The notes under the pieces are model-generated. The model saw only the letters and a program-made list of their open reading frames with translations, was not told the DNA's origin and ran no database searches. The position numbers were made by a program, and so were the translations under genes. DNA of 64,000 nucleotides from an uncultured Ignavibacteriaceae bacterium (GTDB lineage Bacteria; Bacteroidota; Ignavibacteria; UBA10030): positions 2,131 through 66,130 of the forward strand of contig CAZYYD010000022.1 of assembly GCA_964651225.1 (NCBI GenBank). The letters run 5' to 3'. Positions 7,763 through 17,121 of this stretch are shown piece after piece; positions within the stretch are counted from its first letter, which is position 1, and each line of letters opens with the position of its first letter.

Positions 7763-8569
7763 TTACAGGAGTTCTAAGGTGAGGTGATCTCGTTCGATAT
7801 CCTTAAAGTAGTTGACAGTGCCGACCTTCAATTCCATGGTGGCATCTTCATCACAAACAATAATTCCATGCCGATGAAGCTGGAGCATAGACACCGTCCA
7901 GAAGTGATTGACACCCTCTTCGACACACTGCTTTAATGCCCGTGCTTTGCCATACCCATTGATAAGAATCATGACCTCTTCTGAGTCCATCACCGTTGCA
8001 ACACCGACTGTTAACGCCGTCTTGGGAACCTTGTTGATATCGTTTTCAAAAAAGCGGGAATTCGCCTTGATCGTATCATAGGTTAATGTCTTCACGCGTG
8101 TGCGTGAATTCAGTGAAGAGCCTGGTTCATTGAATGCGATGTGACCATCCGGTCCGATACCCCCCATGAAAAGATGGATACCGCCGATTGCTTTGATCTT
8201 TTCTTCATAACGTATGCACTCTTTCTCCAGATCGGATGCATTGCCATTCAAGATATTGACGTTTTCTTTCGGGCAATCGATATGATCAAAAAGATGATGA
8301 TGCATGAAGTAATAGTAGCTTTCCGGATGCGTGATAGGAAGGCCGATGTATTCATCCATATTAAAGGTCACAACATTTTTGAAGGATACTTTCCCCTGCT
8401 TGTGGAATTGCACAAGATACTTATACGTGCCAATGGGTGTACTGCCTGTGGGCAATCCCAGCACAAAAGGTTTTTCCGACGTTGGTTTGAATTTTTTGAT
8501 TTTGTTGGCGATATAGGTCGCTGCCCATTTGCTCATCGCATCTGCACTGGGCTCTATAATAATTCTCAT
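7763..8569 (-). CDS. nagB: Glucosamine-6-phosphate deaminase
   Basis: 268 aa with [18 protein letters not shown], and [18 protein letters not shown], canonical NagB motifs. Confidence 0.93.
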   Translation of the reverse strand: MRIIIEPSADAMSKWAATYIANKIKKFKPTSEKPFVLGLPTGSTPIGTYKYLVQFHKQGKVSFKNVVTFNMDEYIGLPITHPESYYYFMHHHLFDHIDCPKENVNILNGNASDLEKECIRYEEKIKAIGGIHLFMGGIGPDGHIAFNEPGSSLNSRTRVKTLTYDTIKANSRFFENDINKVPKTALTVGVATVMDSEEVMILINGYGKARALKQCVEEGVNHFWTVSMLQLHRHGIIVCDEDATMELKVGTVNYFKDIERDHLTLELL

Positions 8570-8745
8570 GTAACCAATCTCCTTTCATGAAAGCGTAGAT
8601 GAACATTAGTGGATTACCGCAAAACTCCTTATCAGGTTGACGACAGCCTTATCGTCCTTCAAGGACAATGCATTCTTTGATATCCAGTGATTTGATCTTT
8701 TTGATCTCATTTCGTGCTTCACGATTCCACAGCACCATCGGTAGC

Positions 8746-11097
8746 TTAATCATGCGATTCTGTCACCTTCTTTAATTCTCTCACTTTTTGATAGAAACTT
8801 GTGAGGTCCATATCTTTGAGGAAAATCAATCCGCGTGCCGCACGTAACCGCGGATGAGAATGTTCCTGGAAATAATCCTTCCCCAGGCATGTTTTTACCA
8901 TGGAATATTGCTCGACAAATATTTTTTGCGCGAGCTCGGAAAAAGGACCATCATGTTCATAGCTTGGGAATGAAGCTGCACTCTGTGAACCGAAACAATT
9001 CATAAAGGCAGTGTGCATCAAGGAAAGGGTATTCAGGGAGACGGGAATAATGACATCTGCCTCGGATGGCTTAAAGCGGTACCAGACATTCCGATATCCC
9101 CACACTCTGACGGAAGAGTCACCGCTTGATTTTTCATACATTTTCAGCGCCTCCGCTACAGCCATCAACACTTTATAGTGCGTATCCGGTCCGCTCCCTT
9201 CAGGGTCAAACGCTACGGTGACAACATTCGGTTTGATGGTGTTCATGAGGTCGCTGATCGGAAGAACATCTCTATCGAGTTCCGGCTCCTCCGAAAATAT
9301 ATCTCCTTGATAGAATCCCAGCCGTAAGGGATGAATGGCAGACGGCTCGATGCCGAAATAGGCCCAGAGGAGTTCCACCTCCCACTCCCGCAGCATACCT
9401 TTTAATGTCTGTACATCCGGCGGGTCTTTTGCCCCGGGATATTGCGTGCGCAGATATTCCTCCAAACTTTGTGCACGCAGCCGGAGAGCACGTATATCCG
9501 ATGTACCGTTCACTTCGATGAGATTGCGCAACATACGTTTTGCTTCTGCTTCATCTTTCCGTTCCTGTACATTCCCGGCAAGCCCATCGAGGAAGAGATA
9601 CATGTCTTCTGCACGTTTGACGGTATCTGTCGGATCGAAATCTCCATTTTTCATGTGTGCAGCAAATTCATCCGTTGATAAATAGCGGCGGAGTTTCCGG
9701 ACGATCGAAAGAATATACGGATTCGAAACCGCTGTGAATCCGGAAGTGAGATTGGCAAATTTGTGATGATTCTTCGGATCGCGGACCAAATGATAAAGAT
9801 ACGGAAGATACGCCAGCATAATATCATCGTGATGCGGTTCCGTATGAAAGAACGTGGTGTCGGTGACCGGGGCTATTCCTTTTTCGATCCTCTCCACCAG
9901 ACGTTTTTTTGCTCCGGCCGCAAGCTCCTGGAATGATCCTTTCGTCTTCTGGAGAATTTCTCCGGCGTACCGGTCTTTTTTAACATCTTTCTCTGTCAGC
10001 TCATCAAGTGTTTTCTCAAGACGGAGCGCAAGTGCAATCACATGCTCATCTGCCGTTTCATGGTCCACGGTGGGGGATTGCACGAGATTGATAAAACGAC
10101 GCTCAGTGAGCAGACTTGCAGCTCCTTTCGATATATAGAATCTTGCATGATCCAAAGAGTGAAGGACAGATGCAGGATAGAGCGGGTTCAACTCCTCCTC
10201 AATTGCTTGCTGAACAATACGAGCTTTTGCATCGCCTGCAGCGATGATAATCGCTGTGGTCGTCGGATTATAAGTAATCGTGGCAAGTCCGATCGTAATG
10301 ACCAAACGGCTTCGGGAGATCTCAATACCGCCCAGATCGGTAGCTGCAGCCGCCTGAGTTTCATAATTTGTTCCCGTCAGACGTGTCACGGAATAGAAAC
10401 TGGAGCCGCGGACATTAAAGGCGACATGCCCATCCGGGCCTATACCGCCTAAGAAAAATCCAATGCCGCCTAAATCCCTGATCTTCCGCTCATATTCCAT
10501 ACAAAAGCGGTCGACATTGTTGATGACTTCCCGCTGAAGCGATTCCAGCTCCGTCCGTGTTTGCCGTACACGGAGGGTGAGGTCAACAATGCCTTGAGGA
10601 AAGACATCTTCCATGCTCTTCCCGTGAGGAACACCAAGCTTTGTAGCATCGATTAAGAGGGCTCTTTCCGGAGAGAGTCCAAATCCTTTAATATAGTATT
10701 CACGGACATAGAAGTGAAAACTATTGTGCTGCTGCGAATCCATCGGAAAGAATTCATCGATCTGCACAAAGGAGAGACTTTTCATCTCCGGACGCCTGGA
10801 TCCGTCGATGCCGTATTCGGCGAGGAGTGCTTGTATTTCCTTTGAATTCCATCGCTCTAAAATTCGTTTCACCCATTTGATAAAATGCTCGGGCGTTTTA
10901 CCCGTCGGTAAGGAAATCACTCCTCCAGGATTCTTCAGAACCCATTCGATGAATCGAAACGCCGTCAGCTTTCCCAGGATGGGGAAATTATCAACTTCGA
11001 TGATCCGAAGTTTTTCTGTTGGAGCGTATTGAAATTCTTTTCTGCTTTTCTTGAGCTCGACCGCTTCAACAGAAGAGGTGCCGTCATAGGTCTTCAT
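8746..11097 (-). CDS. Long NagB-like deaminase/isomerase fused to a putative LmbE/PIG-L-like C-terminal domain
   Basis: 783 aa. Residues ~30-330 carry ISLPTGKTPE, QIDEF and [12 protein letters not shown]. The C-terminal region has EPHHDD (aa 420-425) and GPDTH (aa 636-640), resembling the PIG-L hPDD and HxDH metal-binding motifs. Confidence 0.65.
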   Translation of the reverse strand: MKTYDGTSSVEAVELKKSRKEFQYAPTEKLRIIEVDNFPILGKLTAFRFIEWVLKNPGGVISLPTGKTPEHFIKWVKRILERWNSKEIQALLAEYGIDGSRRPEMKSLSFVQIDEFFPMDSQQHNSFHFYVREYYIKGFGLSPERALLIDATKLGVPHGKSMEDVFPQGIVDLTLRVRQTRTELESLQREVINNVDRFCMEYERKIRDLGGIGFFLGGIGPDGHVAFNVRGSSFYSVTRLTGTNYETQAAAATDLGGIEISRSRLVITIGLATITYNPTTTAIIIAAGDAKARIVQQAIEEELNPLYPASVLHSLDHARFYISKGAASLLTERRFINLVQSPTVDHETADEHVIALALRLEKTLDELTEKDVKKDRYAGEILQKTKGSFQELAAGAKKRLVERIEKGIAPVTDTTFFHTEPHHDDIMLAYLPYLYHLVRDPKNHHKFANLTSGFTAVSNPYILSIVRKLRRYLSTDEFAAHMKNGDFDPTDTVKRAEDMYLFLDGLAGNVQERKDEAEAKRMLRNLIEVNGTSDIRALRLRAQSLEEYLRTQYPGAKDPPDVQTLKGMLREWEVELLWAYFGIEPSAIHPLRLGFYQGDIFSEEPELDRDVLPISDLMNTIKPNVVTVAFDPEGSGPDTHYKVLMAVAEALKMYEKSSGDSSVRVWGYRNVWYRFKPSEADVIIPVSLNTLSLMHTAFMNCFGSQSAASFPSYEHDGPFSELAQKIFVEQYSMVKTCLGKDYFQEHSHPRLRAARGLIFLKDMDLTSFYQKVRELKKVTESHD

Positions 11098-11229
11098 GGT
11101 GTTATTGCTTTTTCTCTCAATAGTATATGGTTTCGTCGTCGTTTTCGTACTCTCCCCGATGTTTCCTCATTTCCGAAGATGATCGGGAGGGATATTTTGG
11201 AAATAGCAAACGGTTGTGATTTCCAAAGG

Positions 11230-12450
11230 TTACAATGCAATTCGATAATCGGCAAATATTTTTTGAATAGACAATGCTGCCGCTCCGAGCAATGACGGAT
11301 TGCCCGCTAATGAGGTCGGAAGGATCAAATTACTTCGCTGTGAGCCCAGGAACCCGCGCCGCTGGACAGTCTCTATGATTTGAGGATACACGATATCCCA
11401 TGCCTGAGTAACAGAACCGCCGATGATGATAATTTCAGGATCACTGGAACAAACAATATTGGCAATTCCTACCCCTAAATATTTTGCGGTTTGCTCAAGC
11501 GCTTTCCGAGCAGCGCCGTCCCCCTTCTTTGCCGCTTCGATGATGTCGGTGATGAGGACGTTGTGCGTTTGTTCAGGCGTTAATCCTTTGGCAGTGGAAT
11601 ATCGTCGCAGCGTTGCTCGATCCGAAGCATACACTTCCCAGCAGCCCTGATTGCCGCACGAACAGAGTTCTCCGCCTTCGACAATGGTCATATGGCCGAA
11701 TTCGCCGGCTGCGTGCGAATAACCGCTCAAGATGTGATTTTCGATGACGAGACCAGCACCAATGCCATACCCCACAGAAAGAAATACAATACTGGTTGGA
11801 ATCGATTCGTGACGGCCTAAAAGAAGTTCAGCAAGCGCAGAGGCCTTGGCATCATTTTCAATGGTGATTTCTCCGATAGCGGGATCCAGTTCATGGATGA
11901 TCTGTCCCAGATCAAGATCCTTCCATCCTAAGTTAGGAGCATATATCACTTTTGACTTCAATGAATCAACAATACCGGCGACTGATATGCCAATCCCCTT
12001 CAACTTGGAGACGCCTGATGTGAGGCGCAATTTGTTCAGATGGTCGAGACAGAGTTGAAGAAAGAGCCTGGGCTGATCCATTTCTGTATTGATGGTTTCA
12101 TGACTCTTTATTGTACCGTCAATATCAACAACCGCGATCTCCGTTTGAGCGGTAGCGACATACAGAGCACCGACAAAATGTTGTCCCTTCTTTACACGTA
12201 AATTAATCGGGTTCCTGCCGATGTTTTGATTTGGTGCAACATCTTCTTCGACAAGATTTTCATCAACAAGACTTTCAACAATGTTCGAGACAGTACTTTT
12301 ATTTAAACCGGTGAGTGTCGATATCGTCGTCCGTGAGATAGGTTGACTTTTTCGGATGGAGTTGAGAATGATGGACCGATTAATATTTCGTCCGATCTTT
12401 GCGTTGACACTCGCAATCCGGCTATGTTTCGGCCTGCGTAGTATTGTCAT
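11230..12450 (-). CDS. ROK-family transcriptional regulator (NagC/XylR type)
   Basis: N-terminal wHTH (ISRTTISTLTGLNKSTVSNIVESLVDENLV) and C-terminal ROK sugar-kinase fold with CSCGNQGCWEVYAS. The start is set at the ATG at 12450, preceded by AGGAGAGGA. The track ORF begins at a TTG at 12489. Confidence 0.85.
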   Translation of the reverse strand: MTILRRPKHSRIASVNAKIGRNINRSIILNSIRKSQPISRTTISTLTGLNKSTVSNIVESLVDENLVEEDVAPNQNIGRNPINLRVKKGQHFVGALYVATAQTEIAVVDIDGTIKSHETINTEMDQPRLFLQLCLDHLNKLRLTSGVSKLKGIGISVAGIVDSLKSKVIYAPNLGWKDLDLGQIIHELDPAIGEITIENDAKASALAELLLGRHESIPTSIVFLSVGYGIGAGLVIENHILSGYSHAAGEFGHMTIVEGGELCSCGNQGCWEVYASDRATLRRYSTAKGLTPEQTHNVLITDIIEAAKKGDGAARKALEQTAKYLGVGIANIVCSSDPEIIIIGGSVTQAWDIVYPQIIETVQRRGFLGSQRSNLILPTSLAGNPSLLGAAALSIQKIFADYRIAL

Positions 12451-12600
12451 GATTGAATTTCCTCTCCTCTTAGCCAACTCCTTGCACAAAATTTTGAGAT
12501 GAGCAATCTGAATACATTATTTTAGTACGAGAATAGGTCGCTTCTTTATTCATCAGAGTCTTTGGACATCGGGAAATATTTGAATACCAACATTTTCTAA

Positions 12601-12623
12601 TAGTTTGTTGTTTCAACCAACTA
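12601..12623. promoter_or_regulatory. Candidate ROK-regulator operator (23-nt palindrome) upstream of its own gene
   Basis: TAGTTTGTTG-TTT-CAACCAACTA has 10-nt arms with one mismatch. It contains GTTGTTTCAACCAAC, also found with one change at 2855-2869. Confidence 0.45.
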
Positions 12624-12631
12624 TATTAACC

Positions 12632-12690
12632 TAAAAAAAAAACCGGCGTGTGTCAAGCGTTAATTCACTCTTCTCTTTGACGCTTCCCAA
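12632..12690 (-). terminator. Probable terminator of the SSF transporter gene
   Basis: On the minus strand, the imperfect stem GCGTCAA...TTGAC(ACAC)GC is followed by a run of 10 T (A10 at 12633-12642 on plus). Confidence 0.4.
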
Positions 12691-12708
12691 GCGGGCTACC
12701 CATAAATT

Positions 12709-14517
12709 TTAGACAGTTGATTTGTTCCAGAGTCTATTGATCACAAAGAGCAACACAGATCCGCTGACAATAAACGCAAGCGAGAGGATGACCGCGTTGT
12801 CGATTCGACCGTACAAGAAATTACCGACTGTGAAGAGCGCAGACCAAATAGCGGTTGTCCCTGCCGCCCAACCCAGTAACCCTAAAGGAATATTTTCTTG
12901 TGATGATTTTGCATCCTCTTTGGATATTCCTGCTTCTTTGCGAATTATTTCCCAGCCCGGACCAAAAGGGCGAACCTTTTTATAAAACTCGACCAATGTT
13001 TTCCGATCCGTTTGAGGAGCACTAAATGCTGCCAAGACCCAGCAAACAGTTGTACATGCAACAGTAACGATAAGACTCATATGCATACTCACAGGAATGC
13101 CGTTTTTGTTCAGGACAAGAAGGAGAATAGAAACAAGGAACGAACTCACCATAGCAACGACTTCGCACCACGCGTTGATACGCCACCAGAACCAGCGAAG
13201 AAGGTATAATAATCCTGTGCCGGCCCCTACCTGAAGGATCATATCGAATGTATCTTTTGCTGTATCGAGAAAGAAGACCAGACCCGATGCACAGAGGAAC
13301 AATCCAATCGTCGCAATGCGGCCCGCCAGCACATAATGTTTTTCACTGGCATCTTTTCGGAAAAATCGCTGGTAGAAGTCATGCACTAAATATGAGGCGC
13401 CCCAATTGAGATGAGTAAGAATAGTCGATGAGTTTGCAGCAATGAGCCCGCCAACCATTAATCCGAGAAAACCCACCGGAAGAAATTTTAGCATGGCAGG
13501 ATATGCAATATCATGACCAAGTAATCTTGGATCGAGATTGGGGAATGCCGTTTGAATATCTGATAACTGAGGAAAGATGATCAATGAACAGAGAGCAACC
13601 AGTATCCAAGGCCATGGACGAAGAACATAATGGGCGACATTGAAGAACAAAACTGCGCCGAGCGAATCTTTTTCAGATTTGGTTGCCAGCATACGCTGGG
13701 CAATATAACTTCCGCCGCCTGGTTCGGAACCAGGATACCATACCGCCCACCATTGGACTGCAATAGGCATAATGAAGATGGCAATTGCCATGTCCCAATT
13801 ATTTGTAAAGTCGGGCAGCATATTAAGATAATTGAGTCCTCCAGTCCCTTTTAAAGCAGAAAGTTTCTCGACCATACCGCTGAGCCCCCCCACCTGAGGA
13901 AGCTGGAGAGCAAAATAAGCAGCAGCGATCACCGCAGTCATCATAATGAAAAACTGAATCATATCAATGACGAGCACCCCCCACAGCCCGGAAAGTGCTG
14001 CGAACACCACATTGAGGAGACCGACGCCCAGTAATGTTTGCCAACGCTCGAGGCCGAACATGATTCCGGCAATTTTGCATGCAGCAAGGTTCACCGATGC
14101 CATGATCATACAATTGAAGAACAAGCCCAGATACACAGACCGGAATCCTCGAACCACACTCGCGGCTTTGCCCGAATACCTGATTTCATAGAACTCCAAA
14201 TCCGTCATCACACCGGAACGGCGCCAGAGGCGCGCATAGAAAAATACTGTGGCCACACCGGTCAGCACGAATGCCCACCAGACCCAGTTGCCGGCAACAC
14301 CATTGCGCCGCACGATATCTGTAACGAGATTCGGTGTATCACTGCTGAACGTGGTTGCTACCATGGAAAGACCGGCAAGCCACCATGGAACTGAGCGACC
14401 GGAGACAAAGAATTCTGTTGTGTTTTTTCCAGCCCGCTTACCGAAAAATAATGCGGGGACAAAGCAGATGAGGAGTGACGCCGCGATGATCGCCCAATCG
14501 AGAAGAGTTAAGTGCAT
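12709..14517 (-). CDS. Sodium:solute symporter family (SSF) transporter
   Basis: 602 aa and polytopic, with an N-terminal GKNTTEFFVSGRSVPWWLAGLSMVATTFSSDTP region typical of SSF proteins. Confidence 0.8.
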   Translation of the reverse strand: MHLTLLDWAIIAASLLICFVPALFFGKRAGKNTTEFFVSGRSVPWWLAGLSMVATTFSSDTPNLVTDIVRRNGVAGNWVWWAFVLTGVATVFFYARLWRRSGVMTDLEFYEIRYSGKAASVVRGFRSVYLGLFFNCMIMASVNLAACKIAGIMFGLERWQTLLGVGLLNVVFAALSGLWGVLVIDMIQFFIMMTAVIAAAYFALQLPQVGGLSGMVEKLSALKGTGGLNYLNMLPDFTNNWDMAIAIFIMPIAVQWWAVWYPGSEPGGGSYIAQRMLATKSEKDSLGAVLFFNVAHYVLRPWPWILVALCSLIIFPQLSDIQTAFPNLDPRLLGHDIAYPAMLKFLPVGFLGLMVGGLIAANSSTILTHLNWGASYLVHDFYQRFFRKDASEKHYVLAGRIATIGLFLCASGLVFFLDTAKDTFDMILQVGAGTGLLYLLRWFWWRINAWCEVVAMVSSFLVSILLLVLNKNGIPVSMHMSLIVTVACTTVCWVLAAFSAPQTDRKTLVEFYKKVRPFGPGWEIIRKEAGISKEDAKSSQENIPLGLLGWAAGTTAIWSALFTVGNFLYGRIDNAVILSLAFIVSGSVLLFVINRLWNKSTV

Positions 14518-14643
14518 TGTTTTCCCTTTTTATCATGGGGAGATTTGGGACATATATCTTGAACAGCGCATATGGCCAGCCGACATTTTTTCATGGAAAT
14601 CACAATTCGTTAGCGTAAATGAACAGCAAACCCCTTCATTTGT

Positions 14644-16476
14644 TCATGGATGAACCTTTTCGTCACATTGGATTTCCACACGAAGACCAAATCCATAGGG
14701 AAACAGCGGCTCATAGATTTCATCTCCTTTGTTTATGGGAATTTGTTCCATACTTTTCGGCCAAGAACATGGGAGTGTGCCCGAAAATGGATACTTTCCA
14801 AAAAGAAGATCGGCAATTCCTTCACCTTCTGATCCGGGAAGCCATGCCGCAATAAAGGCTTTGCTGTGCTTAAGGCCTTCATTAATAATCATTGGCCTTC
14901 CAGAATACAGAAGAGTTATAAGAGGAACATGTGCGGAATCTATTTTCATAAGAAGCTCATCATCTTCTTTGGATATGAATAAGTCTTCCCTATCGCCTTT
15001 CATTTCTGCATACGGCTCTTCACCAATAACCGCAATACAGACATCTGCTCCTTCGACGTTTTCTCCACACCTCGAGTAAGTAACTTGAGTGCCGGTTCCT
15101 GCGTTGGTTTTGATTGCTTGGAGTAACGTAGTTCCTCCTACAATAGTTTGACCGCTTCTTCCCTGCCAAGAAATTGTCCACCCACCGCATTGGTATCCAA
15201 GATCGGCCGCGCACTTCCCGGTTACATGGATTCGCTTCAAGTTCTTGGACAGCGGCACTATCTGTTTTTCATTCTTGAGAAGAACGAGTGACTGCCGAAC
15301 GGCTTCTCGTGCAATCTTCCGATGTTCGTCTGAACCCACAGACTGAAGGGAATACCCGCTTGAAGAGGACGATGTGATCTGCATTGCATACTTCACAGTA
15401 AGAATCCGTCGAACGGCATCATTCAATCGGTCGATCGATATCGACTTTTGCTGTACTGCTTGTTTCAACATTTCTATAAATTCGATGTAATTATTTTTTT
15501 CCATTGGACCATGGGGAATCATGACCATATCAAGTCCGGCATGAATTGCTTTTTGGATATCATCCTTATAATTTTCGCCTAATTGATCTATCGCAGCCCA
15601 ATCAGATATGACAATTCCTTGAAATCCTAGTTCTCCTTTCAGGACATCTGTGATGAGATATCTGTTTTCATGCATTTTGACGTCATTCCAGCTGCTGTAT
15701 GAGACCATAATCGTTTGGACACCGGCCTTGATAGCTGCAATGTATCCCGGTAAATGAATCTTCCGTAGCGTTTCTATGTCACATTCCGTATTTCCTCGAT
15801 CTTTTCCATTGGTGGTTCCGCCGTCACCGACAAAATGTTTCGCGCATGCTGCAACAAACGATTTTTCTCCAGGAGCAACTTCCTGCAATCCTTGAATAAA
15901 TGCAGCGCCTAAATCTTTCACAATTTCCGGGTCTTCCCCATAACTCTCATATGTTCTTCCCCATTTTTCATTCCGTGCAACAGCAACACATGGCGCAAAT
16001 GCCCAATTAAATCCTGTCGCTATCATTTCTTCCGCTGTTGCTTTCCCGATCTTTTGGACAAGCTCAGGATTTCGTGTTGCACCCAAACCAATATTATGTG
16101 GAAAGATGACTGCACCGTCTACATTGTTATGTCCATGGACAGCATCAATTCCGATGAGCAAAGGAATCTTTAATTTTGATCGGAGAGTGTATTCTTGATA
16201 TTTCTTGCAAAGAGCCAGCCATTGTTCAGGAGAATTATCCTCCGGATCAGAACTTCCCCCAAACAAAATCGAACCAAGCAACATTCCCGGAATATCTTGT
16301 TCATGCCCCTTGATTGCCAGATGGTCGACCTGCACCATTTGTCCGATTTTTTCTTCAAGCGTCATAAGAGCCAGAAGACTATCTACTTTTAATGATATCG
16401 CGTTTTGTGCGTGAAGCCGCACAGTGTACGGAACAAGAATCAATACAAGGCACAATGCTTCTCTATACAATGCCAT
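14644..16476 (-). CDS. Glycoside hydrolase family 3 (beta-glucosidase/beta-xylosidase type)
   Basis: GIDAVHGHNNV, FPHNIGLGATRNPELV, KHFVGDGGT, and the nucleophile context VISDWAAI. The start is set at the ATG at 16476 (AAGGAG 9 nt upstream), giving signal peptide MALYREALCLVLILVPYTVRLHAQ. Confidence 0.85.
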   Translation of the reverse strand: MALYREALCLVLILVPYTVRLHAQNAISLKVDSLLALMTLEEKIGQMVQVDHLAIKGHEQDIPGMLLGSILFGGSSDPEDNSPEQWLALCKKYQEYTLRSKLKIPLLIGIDAVHGHNNVDGAVIFPHNIGLGATRNPELVQKIGKATAEEMIATGFNWAFAPCVAVARNEKWGRTYESYGEDPEIVKDLGAAFIQGLQEVAPGEKSFVAACAKHFVGDGGTTNGKDRGNTECDIETLRKIHLPGYIAAIKAGVQTIMVSYSSWNDVKMHENRYLITDVLKGELGFQGIVISDWAAIDQLGENYKDDIQKAIHAGLDMVMIPHGPMEKNNYIEFIEMLKQAVQQKSISIDRLNDAVRRILTVKYAMQITSSSSSGYSLQSVGSDEHRKIAREAVRQSLVLLKNEKQIVPLSKNLKRIHVTGKCAADLGYQCGGWTISWQGRSGQTIVGGTTLLQAIKTNAGTGTQVTYSRCGENVEGADVCIAVIGEEPYAEMKGDREDLFISKEDDELLMKIDSAHVPLITLLYSGRPMIINEGLKHSKAFIAAWLPGSEGEGIADLLFGKYPFSGTLPCSWPKSMEQIPINKGDEIYEPLFPYGFGLRVEIQCDEKVHP

Positions 16477-16518
16477 AGAATATTCTCCTTGAGTACCGAA
16501 TCGGCTCTTCCTTTTCAA

Positions 16519-17121
16519 TCATGCAGATTCAGAGTACTCACTTCGTACCGGCCTATGTGAGCCACTCAATAAGCCCCTGGAAGACATATGAAAACAAATG
16601 CGCACAAAATCGCCTGCTTTCCTTGCATAGGTTGATTCTTTTGTCAGTGCGAAAGCTAGAACAAGGGTTTCGATCGCCTCTACTGTTTTCGAATAATAGC
16701 GAGCATCTGTTATACTTTCATACTCAGGATTTCGCTCGCCGTCTCTTCTTATGTAAGGTATGCCATTGGGCTTGCTGGTATCCGGCCACCAATAGGGTCC
16801 CATACTCATATAGTCATGCTTGTTTCCGCTGGGAGGAGTCTGCGTCTTGTCCATCACAGAGAGCGGTTTCATTTTGAGGTATTCGCCGGCATCAGAAAGC
16901 AGCGTTTGGAATATTGTTTTTGACGCTGATGTGTTTTTCAGATACAGCGCACGGAATTCCTCCATTTGATCCATATGAAGAATCAATGGTTTGCAAGAAC
17001 CGGATTGCGTGGAGGAAGTATCGGCAAAAAAACTAAGGCTCATGCCAATACTTATGAGCAGAATATATTTTGGTGAATTTCTCGTCCTATTTGTTCTCCG
17101 GCATGATGCGGAAAACTGCAA
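16519..17121 (-). pseudogene. Truncated alginate-lyase/heparinase-fold gene (5' fragment only)
   Basis: 200 aa with a signal-peptide-like N-terminus and TPPSGNKHDYMSMGPYWWPD...IPYIRRDGERNPE, as in alginate_lyase-family proteins that I recall being ~400 aa. Similarity ends after ...YARKAGDFVR, and the ORF stops 42 nt before the GH3 start. Confidence 0.45.

Noticed and set aside
11214-11235. Inverted repeat TTGTGA-TTTCCAAAGG-TTACAA upstream of the long NagB-like gene, as a further ROK operator.
   Set aside because: The arms have a mismatch, the spacing differs from the 15-nt dyad at 12607 and 2855, and it overlaps the ROK gene stop codon. The similarity to the other sites is too loose.
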